A stretch of 64,000 nt of DNA. It comes from a bacterium. Lineage in GTDB: Bacteria > Patescibacteriota > Minisyncoccia > Phycocordibacterales > UBA1006. The stretch is from contig JAUIMI010000002.1 in NCBI GenBank assembly GCA_030433255.1, positions 65,177-129,176 of the forward strand. Direction: 5' to 3'. The position numbers were made by a program, and so were the translations under genes. Below, in pieces: positions 10,456-20,415 of the stretch (position 1 is the first letter of the stretch; every line of letters begins with the position of its first letter). The notes under the pieces are model-generated. The model was not told the origin of the DNA, searched no databases, and was given only the letters and a program-made list of their open reading frames with translations.

Positions 10456-10734
10456 TTAATTTCTTATAATAAATACATCATTTTCTTCTGGTAATGTTAC
10501 TTCTGGAGAAATGTTACTTCTCATTGTCTTTTTTGATACCTCTTTTTTTTCAAACAACATATCTGTTTTTTGAACTTTTATATTCTTTGGCACAAATACA
10601 TCATTTTCTTCTGGTAATGTTACTTCTGGAGAAAACTCTTTTTGAGCAACAACATCATGAGTAATCGCAATAAACACGAAAGTAAAACTTAAAAGAAAAA
10701 AAGAAGGTAACACAATATTTTTTATATTTCCCAT
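10456..10734 (-). CDS. Small secreted protein with duplicated SPEVTLPEENDVF motif
   Basis: Signal peptide; start placed after TGtTATAAT -10; internal 41-bp exact repeat. Confidence 0.6.
   Translation of the reverse strand: MGNIKNIVLPSFFLLSFTFVFIAITHDVVAQKEFSPEVTLPEENDVFVPKNIKVQKTDMLFEKKEVSKKTMRSNISPEVTLPEENDVFIIRN
10471..10634. repeat. 41-bp exact direct repeat (10471-10511 and 10594-10634)
   Basis: AAATACATCATTTTCTTCTGGTAATGTTACTTCTGGAGAAA occurs twice. Confidence 0.9.
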
Positions 10735-10807
10735 GTATTTCATTATAACAAAATAATAAAAAATATATAACCCAGGATTCATGCCATTAGGTATTTTTAT
10801 GTATGAA

Positions 10808-10836
10808 TTGACATTTATCTACAATTTTTCTATAGT
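10808..10836 (+). promoter_or_regulatory. tRNA-Lys promoter
   Basis: TTGACA-17 bp-TATAGT. Confidence 0.75.
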
Positions 10837-10878
10837 ACATCGTGTCCCATCGGGCAATTTTTATTTGAAAAACAATAT

Positions 10879-10951
10879 CCCCCTGTAGCTCAGTTGGTAG
10901 AGCAGCAGCCTTTTAAGCTGACGGTCGAAGGTTCGAGCCCTTCCGGGGGGA
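10879..10951 (+). tRNA. tRNA-Lys(UUU), CCA not encoded
   Basis: Cloverleaf: CCCCCTG/CGGGGGG acceptor, GCTC D-stem, CTTTTAA anticodon loop, GGTTCGAGCCC T-arm. Confidence 0.95.
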
Positions 10952-11011
10952 CATATAAAATAAAAACTGTTTTGTACGGTTTTTATTTTTCTATGCTACT
11001 ATTTCAAGTAT

Positions 11012-11971
11012 ATGGTTTTAGTATGGATTATTATTTTGATTGTGAGTCTATTTGGACTCATTAAATCAGCAGATTACTTCACTGAGTATAGTGAAAAAAT
11101 TGGATTATTATTAGGAATGAGTTCATTTATTGTAGGAGCAACCATTGTTGCTATTGGGACTTCATTACCAGAATTAGTATCATCACTCTTTGCTCTTGGA
11201 GCTGGAACAACAGAATTTGTTGCTGATAATATTATTGGTTCAAATATTGCTAACGCATTACTTATTTTAGGAATAGCTGGGGTTGTTGCAAAAAAAGGAT
11301 TACAAATGACGACATCACTTATCGACGTTGATTTGCCGTTCTTTTTTATGTCGATGGCTGCTTTTGGTTATTTTGCACTTGATATGAAAATATCAACCAT
11401 TGAAGGAATATCACTGCTTATCTTTTTTATTATCTTTGTGGTTTACAACATTAAATCTGAACCAGAAGGAGAAGATCAGGATGAAATGAAAGAACTTAAA
11501 AAAACATATAAAGGAGAACGTAAGAAAATATGGAAATATAGCATGTATATTGTGATAAGTATTGGAGTATTAGCAATTTCAGCAAAATATCTGATTGATA
11601 GTATCCTCACTCTCTCTGAGTTATTAAAAATATCATCATCTACTCTTACCATTACCGTTGTTGCTTTTGGAACATCATTGCCAGAGATTTTAACCTCTGT
11701 AGCAGCAGTGCGTCGTGGAAATCATGCAATGGCAGTTGGGAATGTACTCGGATCAAACACCTTTAATTTACTGCTTATTGCAGGAATTCCAGCGCTCATC
11801 ACTCCTCTTGCTATTGCACCAACAACCTTTGAGGTAGGGTTACCATTCCTGGTAATTGCTACCTTTATTGCAATATTTGTTATGTTCGATAATAAAATTC
11901 GACCATGGGAAGGAATCGCAATGCTATTTTTCTATCTTGTCTTTATTGGAAAAATTATCGGAGTTATGTAA
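11012..11971 (+). CDS. Ca2+/Na+ antiporter (CaCA, YrbG-like)
   Basis: Two alpha repeats GTSLPE and GSNIAN/GSNTFN; about 10 TM. Confidence 0.95.
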   Translation: MVLVWIIILIVSLFGLIKSADYFTEYSEKIGLLLGMSSFIVGATIVAIGTSLPELVSSLFALGAGTTEFVADNIIGSNIANALLILGIAGVVAKKGLQMTTSLIDVDLPFFFMSMAAFGYFALDMKISTIEGISLLIFFIIFVVYNIKSEPEGEDQDEMKELKKTYKGERKKIWKYSMYIVISIGVLAISAKYLIDSILTLSELLKISSSTLTITVVAFGTSLPEILTSVAAVRRGNHAMAVGNVLGSNTFNLLLIAGIPALITPLAIAPTTFEVGLPFLVIATFIAIFVMFDNKIRPWEGIAMLFFYLVFIGKIIGVM

Positions 11972-11999
11972 CAAAAAACCAACATCAGTTGGTTTTTAT

Positions 12000-12677
12000 T
12001 TATATCTGTAATATAAATTTCTCTAATTCAATATCTAATGATGAATAGATATCACGATTATGGAATACATGTGTTAATTTTTGACTCATATCTTTTATTT
12101 CATCTAACGAAAACATATCAGCATATCCGGATGTTTTTTTATACACAAACGGATTCATCCCTGGGTTTGTTTGTGATGTTTTTACGAGAGCTAAATTTTT
12201 TACCTGCCAAAATAGTATTCCATGAATTTCTTCAGGACTACCTTTTTTGATAGCTTCTTGAAACAATAACCACAATTGTTTTTTATCACGTTTACCTAAT
12301 GCATCAGTCAACGAAAACATATTAAACTCCTGTTTCTTTATTTTTTCTTCTTTTCCAAAATCTTGGATATGAGCATTATTTTTTTCAAATTCTTTGGTAA
12401 TAGGTTTGGTAACAGTGTCTTCTGAAAAAATGAAAATATTATCTGATTCTGTGTATTCAGGAAGAATATCTTTTAAAGAGAGGCTTCGGGCTAAACTATG
12501 TAACACATACAATTCTTTATCCCCAAACAATCCTGTTTGAGTTGAAACGAGTTGAGATAATTCTTGTGATTGAATATCATTATCATGAACATGCTGAGGT
12601 ATTATAGAATATTTTTGGGCAATATCTTTTATATATTCTTTACGTGTATCTGATTTTCCATGTAGTAGGTATAACAT
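12000..12677 (-). CDS. holA: DNA polymerase III delta subunit-like (short CPR form)
   Basis: MLYLLHG start, GLFG motif, FSLTDALG..D, ELEKFIL C-terminus. Confidence 0.7.
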   Translation of the reverse strand: MLYLLHGKSDTRKEYIKDIAQKYSIIPQHVHDNDIQSQELSQLVSTQTGLFGDKELYVLHSLARSLSLKDILPEYTESDNIFIFSEDTVTKPITKEFEKNNAHIQDFGKEEKIKKQEFNMFSLTDALGKRDKKQLWLLFQEAIKKGSPEEIHGILFWQVKNLALVKTSQTNPGMNPFVYKKTSGYADMFSLDEIKDMSQKLTHVFHNRDIYSSLDIELEKFILQI

Positions 12678-12732
12678 ACGTACTTATTATACCAAAATAA
12701 AAACAGAGTCATTACTCTGTTTTTATTAAAAA

Positions 12733-13188
12733 TTAACTTTTTTTCAATTTTGAAACAAACAACCTTGGAAGCAGAACACCTAATAGGGTTCCTATAATAA
12801 CAACAATCAAATATAAATTAAATTTTCCTGCTCCTAAAAAAAATATTAATGCTGGAAATATTGATAGTCGAATATATGAACCTACTAATTTATTCAAGTT
12901 GTCAGCACCAAGTAGTGTAACAACAACAATCAAAAAAAGTGGTATTGCAGGTAAAAGACATAACGCAATATAATCTTGAAAATTAGTATTTTCTGCCCCA
13001 TAAACTCTTAAATACCAAGCAATTATTAAGGGGATACTGAGACCTATAAGAGCTAATGTATTATAGGCTTTTGCATTCTTTTTCTTTTTATTAAAAAACA
13101 TAAAAATAAATCCAAATGAAAAATAAAAAAGAAAAAGATAGAAATGTTTCCATTCAAATGGATAATTAAGAGAAAATAATGTTTCCAT
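12733..13188 (-). CDS. Hypothetical multi-pass membrane protein
   Basis: About 5 hydrophobic segments; own TTGACT-17-TATATT promoter (13247-13219). Confidence 0.7.
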   Translation of the reverse strand: METLFSLNYPFEWKHFYLFLFYFSFGFIFMFFNKKKKNAKAYNTLALIGLSIPLIIAWYLRVYGAENTNFQDYIALCLLPAIPLFLIVVVTLLGADNLNKLVGSYIRLSIFPALIFFLGAGKFNLYLIVVIIGTLLGVLLPRLFVSKLKKS

Positions 13189-13248
13189 ATTATTAATTTT
13201 TTAAATTACTCATTATTAAATATAGTAATTAATTTTAATAAAGTCAAT

Positions 13249-15621
13249 TTATTTTAACTCTCCCCAATGTTTTCCGTGAGATGAATGAACTATCAGTGGA
13301 ATAGGAGAATCGTAATGTAAGTATGATTCCTTAAGGGTGTTTTCCATAATGGAAATAGCATTATTTGAAAAAATATCTACAAAATTATCATCAACTTCAT
13401 AAATAATTTCATCATGAATTTGTAGGATTAATTTTGCTTTTATTTTCTTGTGCTCTTCTGTGAGCCATGTATCAATTTGAATCATTGCTAATTTAATCAT
13501 GTCAGCAGATGTTCCTTGGATTGGAGCATTGAGTGCCATCCGCTGTGCCATTGCACGAATAAACGGTAGCTTTGAATTGATATTTTTAAATTGTCTTTTA
13601 CGCCCAAATAATGTTTCTGTATACCCATGAACTCGTGCATGTTCTTTTGTTGCTTCGAGGTATGCGGTAGCTTTTGGGAATTGTAAGAAAAATCCATCAT
13701 AAAATTTCTGAGCTTCCGCACGATCAGTATCCATCTCTTTTTTTAAAGAGTTAATTCCCATTCCATACAAAATTCCAAAGTTTACAATCTTTGCCTTACG
13801 CCGCATTTCTCTATCAACCTCGGCAACAGGAACACCACCAATAAGAGACGCAACCGCTGCATGAATGTCTTGTCCTTCATTAAAAATTTTAATCAATGCT
13901 TCATCACCTGAAAGAATAGCTAGACAACGTAATTCAATCTGAGAATAATCCAACGAAACTAGTTGTGTATTTTTTTCTGCAACAAACCCTTCGCGAATTT
14001 TTCGCCCTAATTCAGTCCGCGTTGGAATATTTTGCATATTTGGATTTCGTGAAGAAAAACGTCCTGTTACGGTTCCATTTTGAATAAATTCTGCATGGAG
14101 TCGTTTGTCATCCCCAACCATGTCAGGAATATTATCAATGTATGTTGAAAGTAATTTATCTAATTCTCGATATTCACTAATATAATGTATTACTTCGTGC
14201 TCACCTTCAAGCTTTTCGAGTGTTTTTGCATTTGTTGAATATGAACCTGTTTTAGATTTCTTAATACCTTTGGTTGGTAAACCTAAGTCTTCAAATAAGG
14301 CCTTTGAAAGTTGTTTAGGGGATTTTATATTAAATTCAGAACCAACGATGGTATGAATCTTTTTTGCAAGAATATCAAGTTCAGTATGATATTGTTTTGA
14401 AAGTTGTATGAAAAAATTCTGATCAACCAAAATTCCATTTTTTTGCATTTCATCAATTACAGGTATTAATGGTTTTTCTATGTGTGTATATACAAGTGAA
14501 ACCTTTCTATCTTTTTGAAGGGTTTCATTCAGTTTTTGAAAAGCTGTTGCTCCTTTTTTTTCTTTTGTGAACCCCTTAATCTCATCAAGAGTTGCATTCG
14601 TTACATCAGAATCGATAAGCCATAATTTAACAGCTGATTCATGGATAGTTGATTCGTCTAACATCTCTTCTTCTGCCGTTTCAGGTTTAATAAGGTGTGA
14701 TAACCCAAGTGAATCATGTAATCGATTTGGAAGAGTCCTGAGTTCATATTGCTCAAAAATTTCTAAAGCTTTGCTTATATTAACAGCATCTTTCCATGAT
14801 TTTTTAGGAAGTTCAAATGTAATAGGTGCGTCATGACGAATGGTAGCAATAACCTTTGAAAATTCTGCTTCTTCTTTTCCACTCTGGATGAGTGAAACCA
14901 TACGCTTTGTCAGACCTGCACTCAATAGTTCTTCATCTCCTTTTTCAAGTGATGCGTACAGTCGTTCAATTGTCTCAAATTTTTCTATAGCTAATGTAGC
15001 CGCCTTGTCTCCAATACCTTTTATACCAGGAATATTATCAGAAGTATCACCACGAAGAGCTTTGTAATCAATAATTGAAAGTGGTCTAAATCCAAACCGA
15101 TCAATAACCGCTTGTTCATCATAAACGATAGTATCATTGAGTCCGCGTTTTAATGTATATACTTGAACCCGTTTCTTATCAACCAATTGTAAGGTATCCA
15201 TGTCTCCAGAAGCAATAATAATATCAACATCATTATTACTTTTTAGTTGGGTAGTAATAGTCCCTAATATATCGTCTGCCTCAAAGCCAGCGGCATCATA
15301 TACAGGAATAGCAAATGCGTCACAAATATCACGTGTTGGGTTAAATTGCATCTTTAGTGCATCATCAGTTTTTGAGCGACCTCCCTTGTAATCAGCAAAT
15401 GATTCATGGCGGAAGGTTGGTCCGGGTAAATCATAACAAGCAACAATATGGTCAGGCTGAAACTCATCAATTATTTTTAATACCATCATGGCAAAACCAT
15501 AAATTGCTCCTGTTGGTCGTCCATCACGCGTCATGAAATCGGGCATCGCATGGTAGGCACGGTGAATAATCGCATGTGCATCAAGGAGTACAAGGAGTTG
15601 TTTACGAGAGTTTTTTTTCAT
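13249..15621 (-). CDS. polA: DNA polymerase I (5'-3' exonuclease + polymerase; 3'-5' exo region largely missing)
   Basis: FEADD, GDTSDNIPGIKGIG, DYSQIELR, NFGILYG, QIHDE motifs; 790 aa. Confidence 0.97.
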   Translation of the reverse strand: MKKNSRKQLLVLLDAHAIIHRAYHAMPDFMTRDGRPTGAIYGFAMMVLKIIDEFQPDHIVACYDLPGPTFRHESFADYKGGRSKTDDALKMQFNPTRDICDAFAIPVYDAAGFEADDILGTITTQLKSNNDVDIIIASGDMDTLQLVDKKRVQVYTLKRGLNDTIVYDEQAVIDRFGFRPLSIIDYKALRGDTSDNIPGIKGIGDKAATLAIEKFETIERLYASLEKGDEELLSAGLTKRMVSLIQSGKEEAEFSKVIATIRHDAPITFELPKKSWKDAVNISKALEIFEQYELRTLPNRLHDSLGLSHLIKPETAEEEMLDESTIHESAVKLWLIDSDVTNATLDEIKGFTKEKKGATAFQKLNETLQKDRKVSLVYTHIEKPLIPVIDEMQKNGILVDQNFFIQLSKQYHTELDILAKKIHTIVGSEFNIKSPKQLSKALFEDLGLPTKGIKKSKTGSYSTNAKTLEKLEGEHEVIHYISEYRELDKLLSTYIDNIPDMVGDDKRLHAEFIQNGTVTGRFSSRNPNMQNIPTRTELGRKIREGFVAEKNTQLVSLDYSQIELRCLAILSGDEALIKIFNEGQDIHAAVASLIGGVPVAEVDREMRRKAKIVNFGILYGMGINSLKKEMDTDRAEAQKFYDGFFLQFPKATAYLEATKEHARVHGYTETLFGRKRQFKNINSKLPFIRAMAQRMALNAPIQGTSADMIKLAMIQIDTWLTEEHKKIKAKLILQIHDEIIYEVDDNFVDIFSNNAISIMENTLKESYLHYDSPIPLIVHSSHGKHWGELK

Positions 15622-15657
15622 ATTTCAAGTATACCACGCAACAAAAAACAACCATCT

Positions 15658-16101
15658 TTATGGTTGTTTTTTAATATGAAGTGTTCGTGAGTAATCATCA
15701 TTAATGGTAAGGGAAATGAATGTCGTATTATCAGGAAATGAAATCCCTGAAACCATCTCTGGCCACTCCACGATAATACAGGTATGTGGGTTGTGAATAA
15801 TTTTATTCCATCCTAAATATTCTAATTCTTCTTTGTTGTTAAGTCGATAAGCATCAATATGAATGAGTTTTTGTATCCAAGTATGGTTATTAATATCATA
15901 CTCTTTTTGAATTACAAATGTTGGACTCGTAATTGGTTCACCAACACCTAAACAACGTGCAATTGATTGTGTAAAAGTAGTTTTACCTGCACCAACTTCT
16001 CCAGACAAACAAATAACAGTTGCTGTTGTTTGTTGTTCTTTATTTGAAAAAAAATTACACACCCATGAATCTAAATTATGTATATCAAGACGTACTTCCA
16101 T
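15658..16101 (-). CDS. tsaE: tRNA t6A biosynthesis ATPase TsaE
   Basis: GEVGAGKTT, SPTF, HIDAYRL, IVEW. Confidence 0.95.
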   Translation of the reverse strand: MEVRLDIHNLDSWVCNFFSNKEQQTTATVICLSGEVGAGKTTFTQSIARCLGVGEPITSPTFVIQKEYDINNHTWIQKLIHIDAYRLNNKEELEYLGWNKIIHNPHTCIIVEWPEMVSGISFPDNTTFISLTINDDYSRTLHIKKQP

Positions 16102-16165
16102 AGAAAAAATATACCAAATTACAAATAAAAAACACCATATGGTGTTTTTTATTTGTAATTAATTA

Positions 16166-19100
16166 TTAACCTCGATTTGGTCGATATGGTTGATAATAAT
16201 CATCTTGTGGTGCTGGTGCAACAGGTGCATCAAAACGTGGTGCAGGCTCTCGGTATACTGGAGCTTGCGCTGCGTACCCGTTATCATACCGTGGTGCTCC
16301 TCCATAAGGATTATTATACCCACCAATATATGCTTGAGCACGCAAGTCTTCACGTTCAAGATATAACCACCGTGCTACCAAGAAGATGATAAATAACCCT
16401 AGAAGAATTACTAACCATCCAAGGAAGGTAATATTTGTTAACCCAAATACAGAAGCAGTTACTCCAGCAACCTGAACTCCGTACTCATCGAGATCAAAAT
16501 CTCGAGCATTTTCTTGAGCTTCATTTACTGGATTGTCATATACAATTTCTGCATCAGCAGTAAGCAAGTTTCCAACCGTACCTCGTCCAACAATACCAGA
16601 AACGGTCATTCGTCCACTTTCACCAGGTCGATTATCTTCGTAATCAGCCCCGTAGAGTTCATCAATAGATAAGTAAATTTTGTTACTATCATTATCAAGA
16701 CGTCCTCGAGAAATATCAGTTATTTGAATCTCTTGTGGGATAGTTACTTCTAGTTCTAAATCTTCAAGATCAAGTTCAGAAATATTTTCCCATTCAATTT
16801 CATATTCAACTGATTCTCCACGTGTTACTACTTCTTCGTCGTTATCAATGTCAAGACGAATAAGAGAAAGTCCTAATCCTAGTCCTAGTAAGTCAATTTC
16901 AGTTTCGTCTTCTTCTACAACAGTAATTGTCACAGGAGGTTGTGGGTTTCCAACTGAAACTACATTTGGTGTATTAAAACACTTAATCGCCCCCGTATCA
17001 GTTCCGTATTGTGTTCGAATTACAGACTGTACACAGTATTGAGTTCCAGAAGCAAGGTTCGTAAAGTTATGTGAACATGTCCCATACCCAGAACCAACGT
17101 TGTATGTTCGCGTTTGTTTTCCAAGAGCAGCTGTACGTCCGTAATTAAACCAACATGTTCCAGAAGGGGCATTCGTTATGTACAATCCGCTTAGGTATGC
17201 AGAATTTGAAGTAATATTTGTTGGGTTTTCTGTTGAAATAATAGGTGCTTGTCCTATTGGAATGTTTTGACCTAATGTTCGTAGTGTCCGTGTTGGGGCA
17301 CACCCATGTGGTGTACATGCTCGGTATAGATAGGTTGTATTAGGTGTTAACCCAGATACACGTGTACACCAATCTCCCTCACTTCGTTGACTTGTAGGTG
17401 TTGAGGTATATGAATTTTGATTTGTTGTTCTAAATTCAATCCATGTTTGTTGTGATGACCCTCCATCTTCTCGCAAGTCACCACACATTTCTGCAGTTGT
17501 TTGTGTTACAGAACCAGGAGTTAATGTTACTACTTGTACATTGTTGTTTTGATAATCTTCTGTTTCAAAATCTTCAACAATACCACATTTAATATCATCA
17601 TTTCCATTATGTTCGTATTCTACACATAGTCTAAAATAAATTCGTTCATTAGTATTAAGTCCATTTACATTCAAACTAAAGGTAGAGTCTCCATCAAAAT
17701 TATTTTCTATTTTTTGTTTTTGTAAATTATCTCCATCACTATCAATATCAGAGTATCGATTTTCATCAGAAACATCTTGGATTTGACTTAAATCTTCACC
17801 CCAAACAAAGAACACATCTCCATCTTGGTAAGAACTCATGTCGACATACCCTCTAAGTTTTGCAGAAGATTCTGTAACAGATTGCTCTGTTCTGGTTTCA
17901 ACCACAAAACTACCAGATGGTCCCGAAGAGTCTTCAACTTCAAAATCTTCTATATTTCCAGAAATAATATTCCCATTATCTTCATTAATAGCACATGCTT
18001 TATAATAATAATCACCGTTTGGAAGAGTATCTAATGCATCTTGCAATTCATATTCAAAATCTTGGTCAGAACCAATATTATCATCAACAATTAAATGAAT
18101 ACTTGTTATTCCATTAGTACATGAAACAGAGGAAGAATCAGATAGTGCAAAATAAACAGTGTAGTCATCATTATCAACATCTTGAATTTCTCCATTCAAA
18201 ACTACATCATCTCCAGATAAAGTTGGATTATGTGTTTCCACTGTAGTAGAAGTAGTATTTCCATTATCATCAGTTGAAAAGTGTTCTACTGGACCTTGTT
18301 TGATAGTACTTGATCCAATTTCTTGTGCACATGCACGGTAGTAGTAATCAGTATCAGAAGTAAGACCTGATCGATCAGCAGAGAAGGTATCTCCTGCTTC
18401 TAGTGGGTAATTTCCAGAGAAATTAACACCATATACCGCTGTAAAATATCCTGATGTACAGCTAAATGAATCATCGTAACTCAACACAAAGAATACTTGG
18501 TTTGTTTCTCCTGATTCAATTTCACCATTTAGTGTTACGGTTGTTGTACCGAGGTTTGTTTCATTATTAGTATCAACTTCAAGATCATCACCTCCAGAAC
18601 CTGAACATCCAGAAGTACTTGATGATGCAGGTTGTGCACCTGAGTTTGAACAGTTTGAATTAGAAACTTCATTTCCTGTTTGATCTTCTTCACAATATAC
18701 ATCACGGTATTTCACTCCATTAATACATTGTCCCCAAGAACCTGTTTGCCATGAGTAGGTGTAATTAGGTGTGTTGTCAGTAGTATTCGTTACTTCAAAT
18801 GTTACGATAAGGTACCCTTGATCACACCACCCACTTTCATGAGTGTCTAAATCTCCAATTGGAGCACCTGAACCAAGAACTTGGTTTCCTGAAACCGTAA
18901 CGTAGTGGTTGTACCCAGCACAGTAGCTAGGGTCTGTTGTTCCGTGGGTATTTTCAACATACCCTGAAACAAATTCAAAATCATATGAATTAGGTAATCC
19001 ATATACGTATACACTATCAGAAATAGATGATGCACCTGAACCAGAAAGTGTTCCGGTGATTCGTCCAGAACTATTAGGTTCTGTTAGTTTTCCACGCACA

Positions 19101-19369
19101 TTATAAATAGTAGCGTTTCCTTGGTTTCGGTAATCCATGTACACAGTAAATCGTTCAGAATCATTATAATCTGGGATGTTTACTGTAATTGAATTATCTT
19201 CATTTGCACAGTTAGAACAGCTATTTCCTTCTGCAATAGAAAGAAAACCTGTCCCTTGATCTGCTGGGTCATTATCAAATTGACCAGCAGCATCAGCGAA
19301 AATAGCTCCTCCAATAAAGAGTGCTGATACCATAAAGGTTTTTAAGATTGTTGTAATAAAAGTTTTCAT
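16166..19369 (-). CDS. Large membrane-anchored surface protein (TSP1-like, FN3-like repeats, DUF11-like, C-terminal TM)
   Basis: Signal peptide MKTFITT; WQTGSWGQC..RDVYC segment; repeated VxT..LxG..YYYRACA units; TM then Pro/Tyr-rich tail; TTGACA-17-TAATAT promoter. Confidence 0.8.
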   Translation of the reverse strand: MKTFITTILKTFMVSALFIGGAIFADAAGQFDNDPADQGTGFLSIAEGNSCSNCANEDNSITVNIPDYNDSERFTVYMDYRNQGNATIYNVRGKLTEPNSSGRITGTLSGSGASSISDSVYVYGLPNSYDFEFVSGYVENTHGTTDPSYCAGYNHYVTVSGNQVLGSGAPIGDLDTHESGWCDQGYLIVTFEVTNTTDNTPNYTYSWQTGSWGQCINGVKYRDVYCEEDQTGNEVSNSNCSNSGAQPASSSTSGCSGSGGDDLEVDTNNETNLGTTTVTLNGEIESGETNQVFFVLSYDDSFSCTSGYFTAVYGVNFSGNYPLEAGDTFSADRSGLTSDTDYYYRACAQEIGSSTIKQGPVEHFSTDDNGNTTSTTVETHNPTLSGDDVVLNGEIQDVDNDDYTVYFALSDSSSVSCTNGITSIHLIVDDNIGSDQDFEYELQDALDTLPNGDYYYKACAINEDNGNIISGNIEDFEVEDSSGPSGSFVVETRTEQSVTESSAKLRGYVDMSSYQDGDVFFVWGEDLSQIQDVSDENRYSDIDSDGDNLQKQKIENNFDGDSTFSLNVNGLNTNERIYFRLCVEYEHNGNDDIKCGIVEDFETEDYQNNNVQVVTLTPGSVTQTTAEMCGDLREDGGSSQQTWIEFRTTNQNSYTSTPTSQRSEGDWCTRVSGLTPNTTYLYRACTPHGCAPTRTLRTLGQNIPIGQAPIISTENPTNITSNSAYLSGLYITNAPSGTCWFNYGRTAALGKQTRTYNVGSGYGTCSHNFTNLASGTQYCVQSVIRTQYGTDTGAIKCFNTPNVVSVGNPQPPVTITVVEEDETEIDLLGLGLGLSLIRLDIDNDEEVVTRGESVEYEIEWENISELDLEDLELEVTIPQEIQITDISRGRLDNDSNKIYLSIDELYGADYEDNRPGESGRMTVSGIVGRGTVGNLLTADAEIVYDNPVNEAQENARDFDLDEYGVQVAGVTASVFGLTNITFLGWLVILLGLFIIFLVARWLYLEREDLRAQAYIGGYNNPYGGAPRYDNGYAAQAPVYREPAPRFDAPVAPAPQDDYYQPYRPNRG

Positions 19370-19566
19370 AATTCGTAAAATAATAAAGTTGAAATAATAC
19401 TTAATGAGTAATAAATATATATTATCATATATATTTATTATTGTCAAGTTATATACATTCCATGGTATGAGTTTTTAACCGTATGTTAAACACTCATGCA
19501 TAGAAGAAACCTTCCCTTCTTATTATATAACAAATAATAAAGAAAGGTTTCAAATATAATGTAGTT

Positions 19567-20289
19567 TTAAAAACGAAGCAAAACTATTGCATTTGGGTTA
19601 TGGTCAACACCTCCACCAGAATTTCCAACACCTCCACCTCCTTCTTTTGCAAAAGGTTTATTGTGCCAATCAAACCACTCTCCGTCTGACAACCCCTCAA
19701 CGAGAGTTGTGGCGGTAAGAATAGTTAGAGGATAAAACCACCAACCATTTTTTTGACCCCATGTTCGTGTATCTACCTGAAGAGTTTTATTTAAATCTTC
19801 AAGAGACCATGTTTGCGTCAAATTTGGATAAGAATTCGTTAGTAATCCTGGTTGCTGGTTAACACCACCATCAATAAATACAACATCCTGATTTGTTGTT
19901 GGTGTAACAAACGTATCATTAGGACAATTGCAAGGCTGTGTAACGGTAATATTAGATATAGCGTACATTGTTGAGTTACGAATAGGGTTGCCACAATCAT
20001 AAGCTCGCAAGGGTTCTGATGTATACTTATTGGCTACATACTTTTGACCAGCCACCAAACGACAACCACCATTTTCACCTTGGTTTCGTTGGTGTGCAAT
20101 AGGTCGCATATCTATCCACAACTCTTGCCCAACAGGGACTGTCATAAGAATTTCACCTTCGTATACTTTTTTTGCATCTTTGGTGTAATTTTCTACTAAA
20201 TTGCAATAACATTTTTGTTCTTGGGCTTGTGTTTCATAACAAACCATAGAGATCAATACTATAACAAAAAGGTATAGATTTTTTTTCAT
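19567..20289 (-). CDS. Bacteroidota-like secreted protein (CGN and GGxVDHNPN motifs)
   Basis: Signal peptide ..TQA|QEQ; C-terminus IVLLRF. Confidence 0.7.
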   Translation of the reverse strand: MKKNLYLFVIVLISMVCYETQAQEQKCYCNLVENYTKDAKKVYEGEILMTVPVGQELWIDMRPIAHQRNQGENGGCRLVAGQKYVANKYTSEPLRAYDCGNPIRNSTMYAISNITVTQPCNCPNDTFVTPTTNQDVVFIDGGVNQQPGLLTNSYPNLTQTWSLEDLNKTLQVDTRTWGQKNGWWFYPLTILTATTLVEGLSDGEWFDWHNKPFAKEGGGGVGNSGGGVDHNPNAIVLLRF

Positions 20290-20415
20290 TTTTTTTAAAT
20301 TTTAAGATTTATATAAAAAATAACATTTTTGTTGTGTTTGTCAATATTTCTGAGCACTTATCCACAAAATTCACACATAAAAAAGCCTAATAAAATTAGG
20401 CTTTTTATTCAATTG

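Noticed and set aside
19460-19552. Two imperfect hairpins downstream of gene 19567
   Set aside because: Adequately explained as 3' UTR/terminator structure; no separate promoter seen
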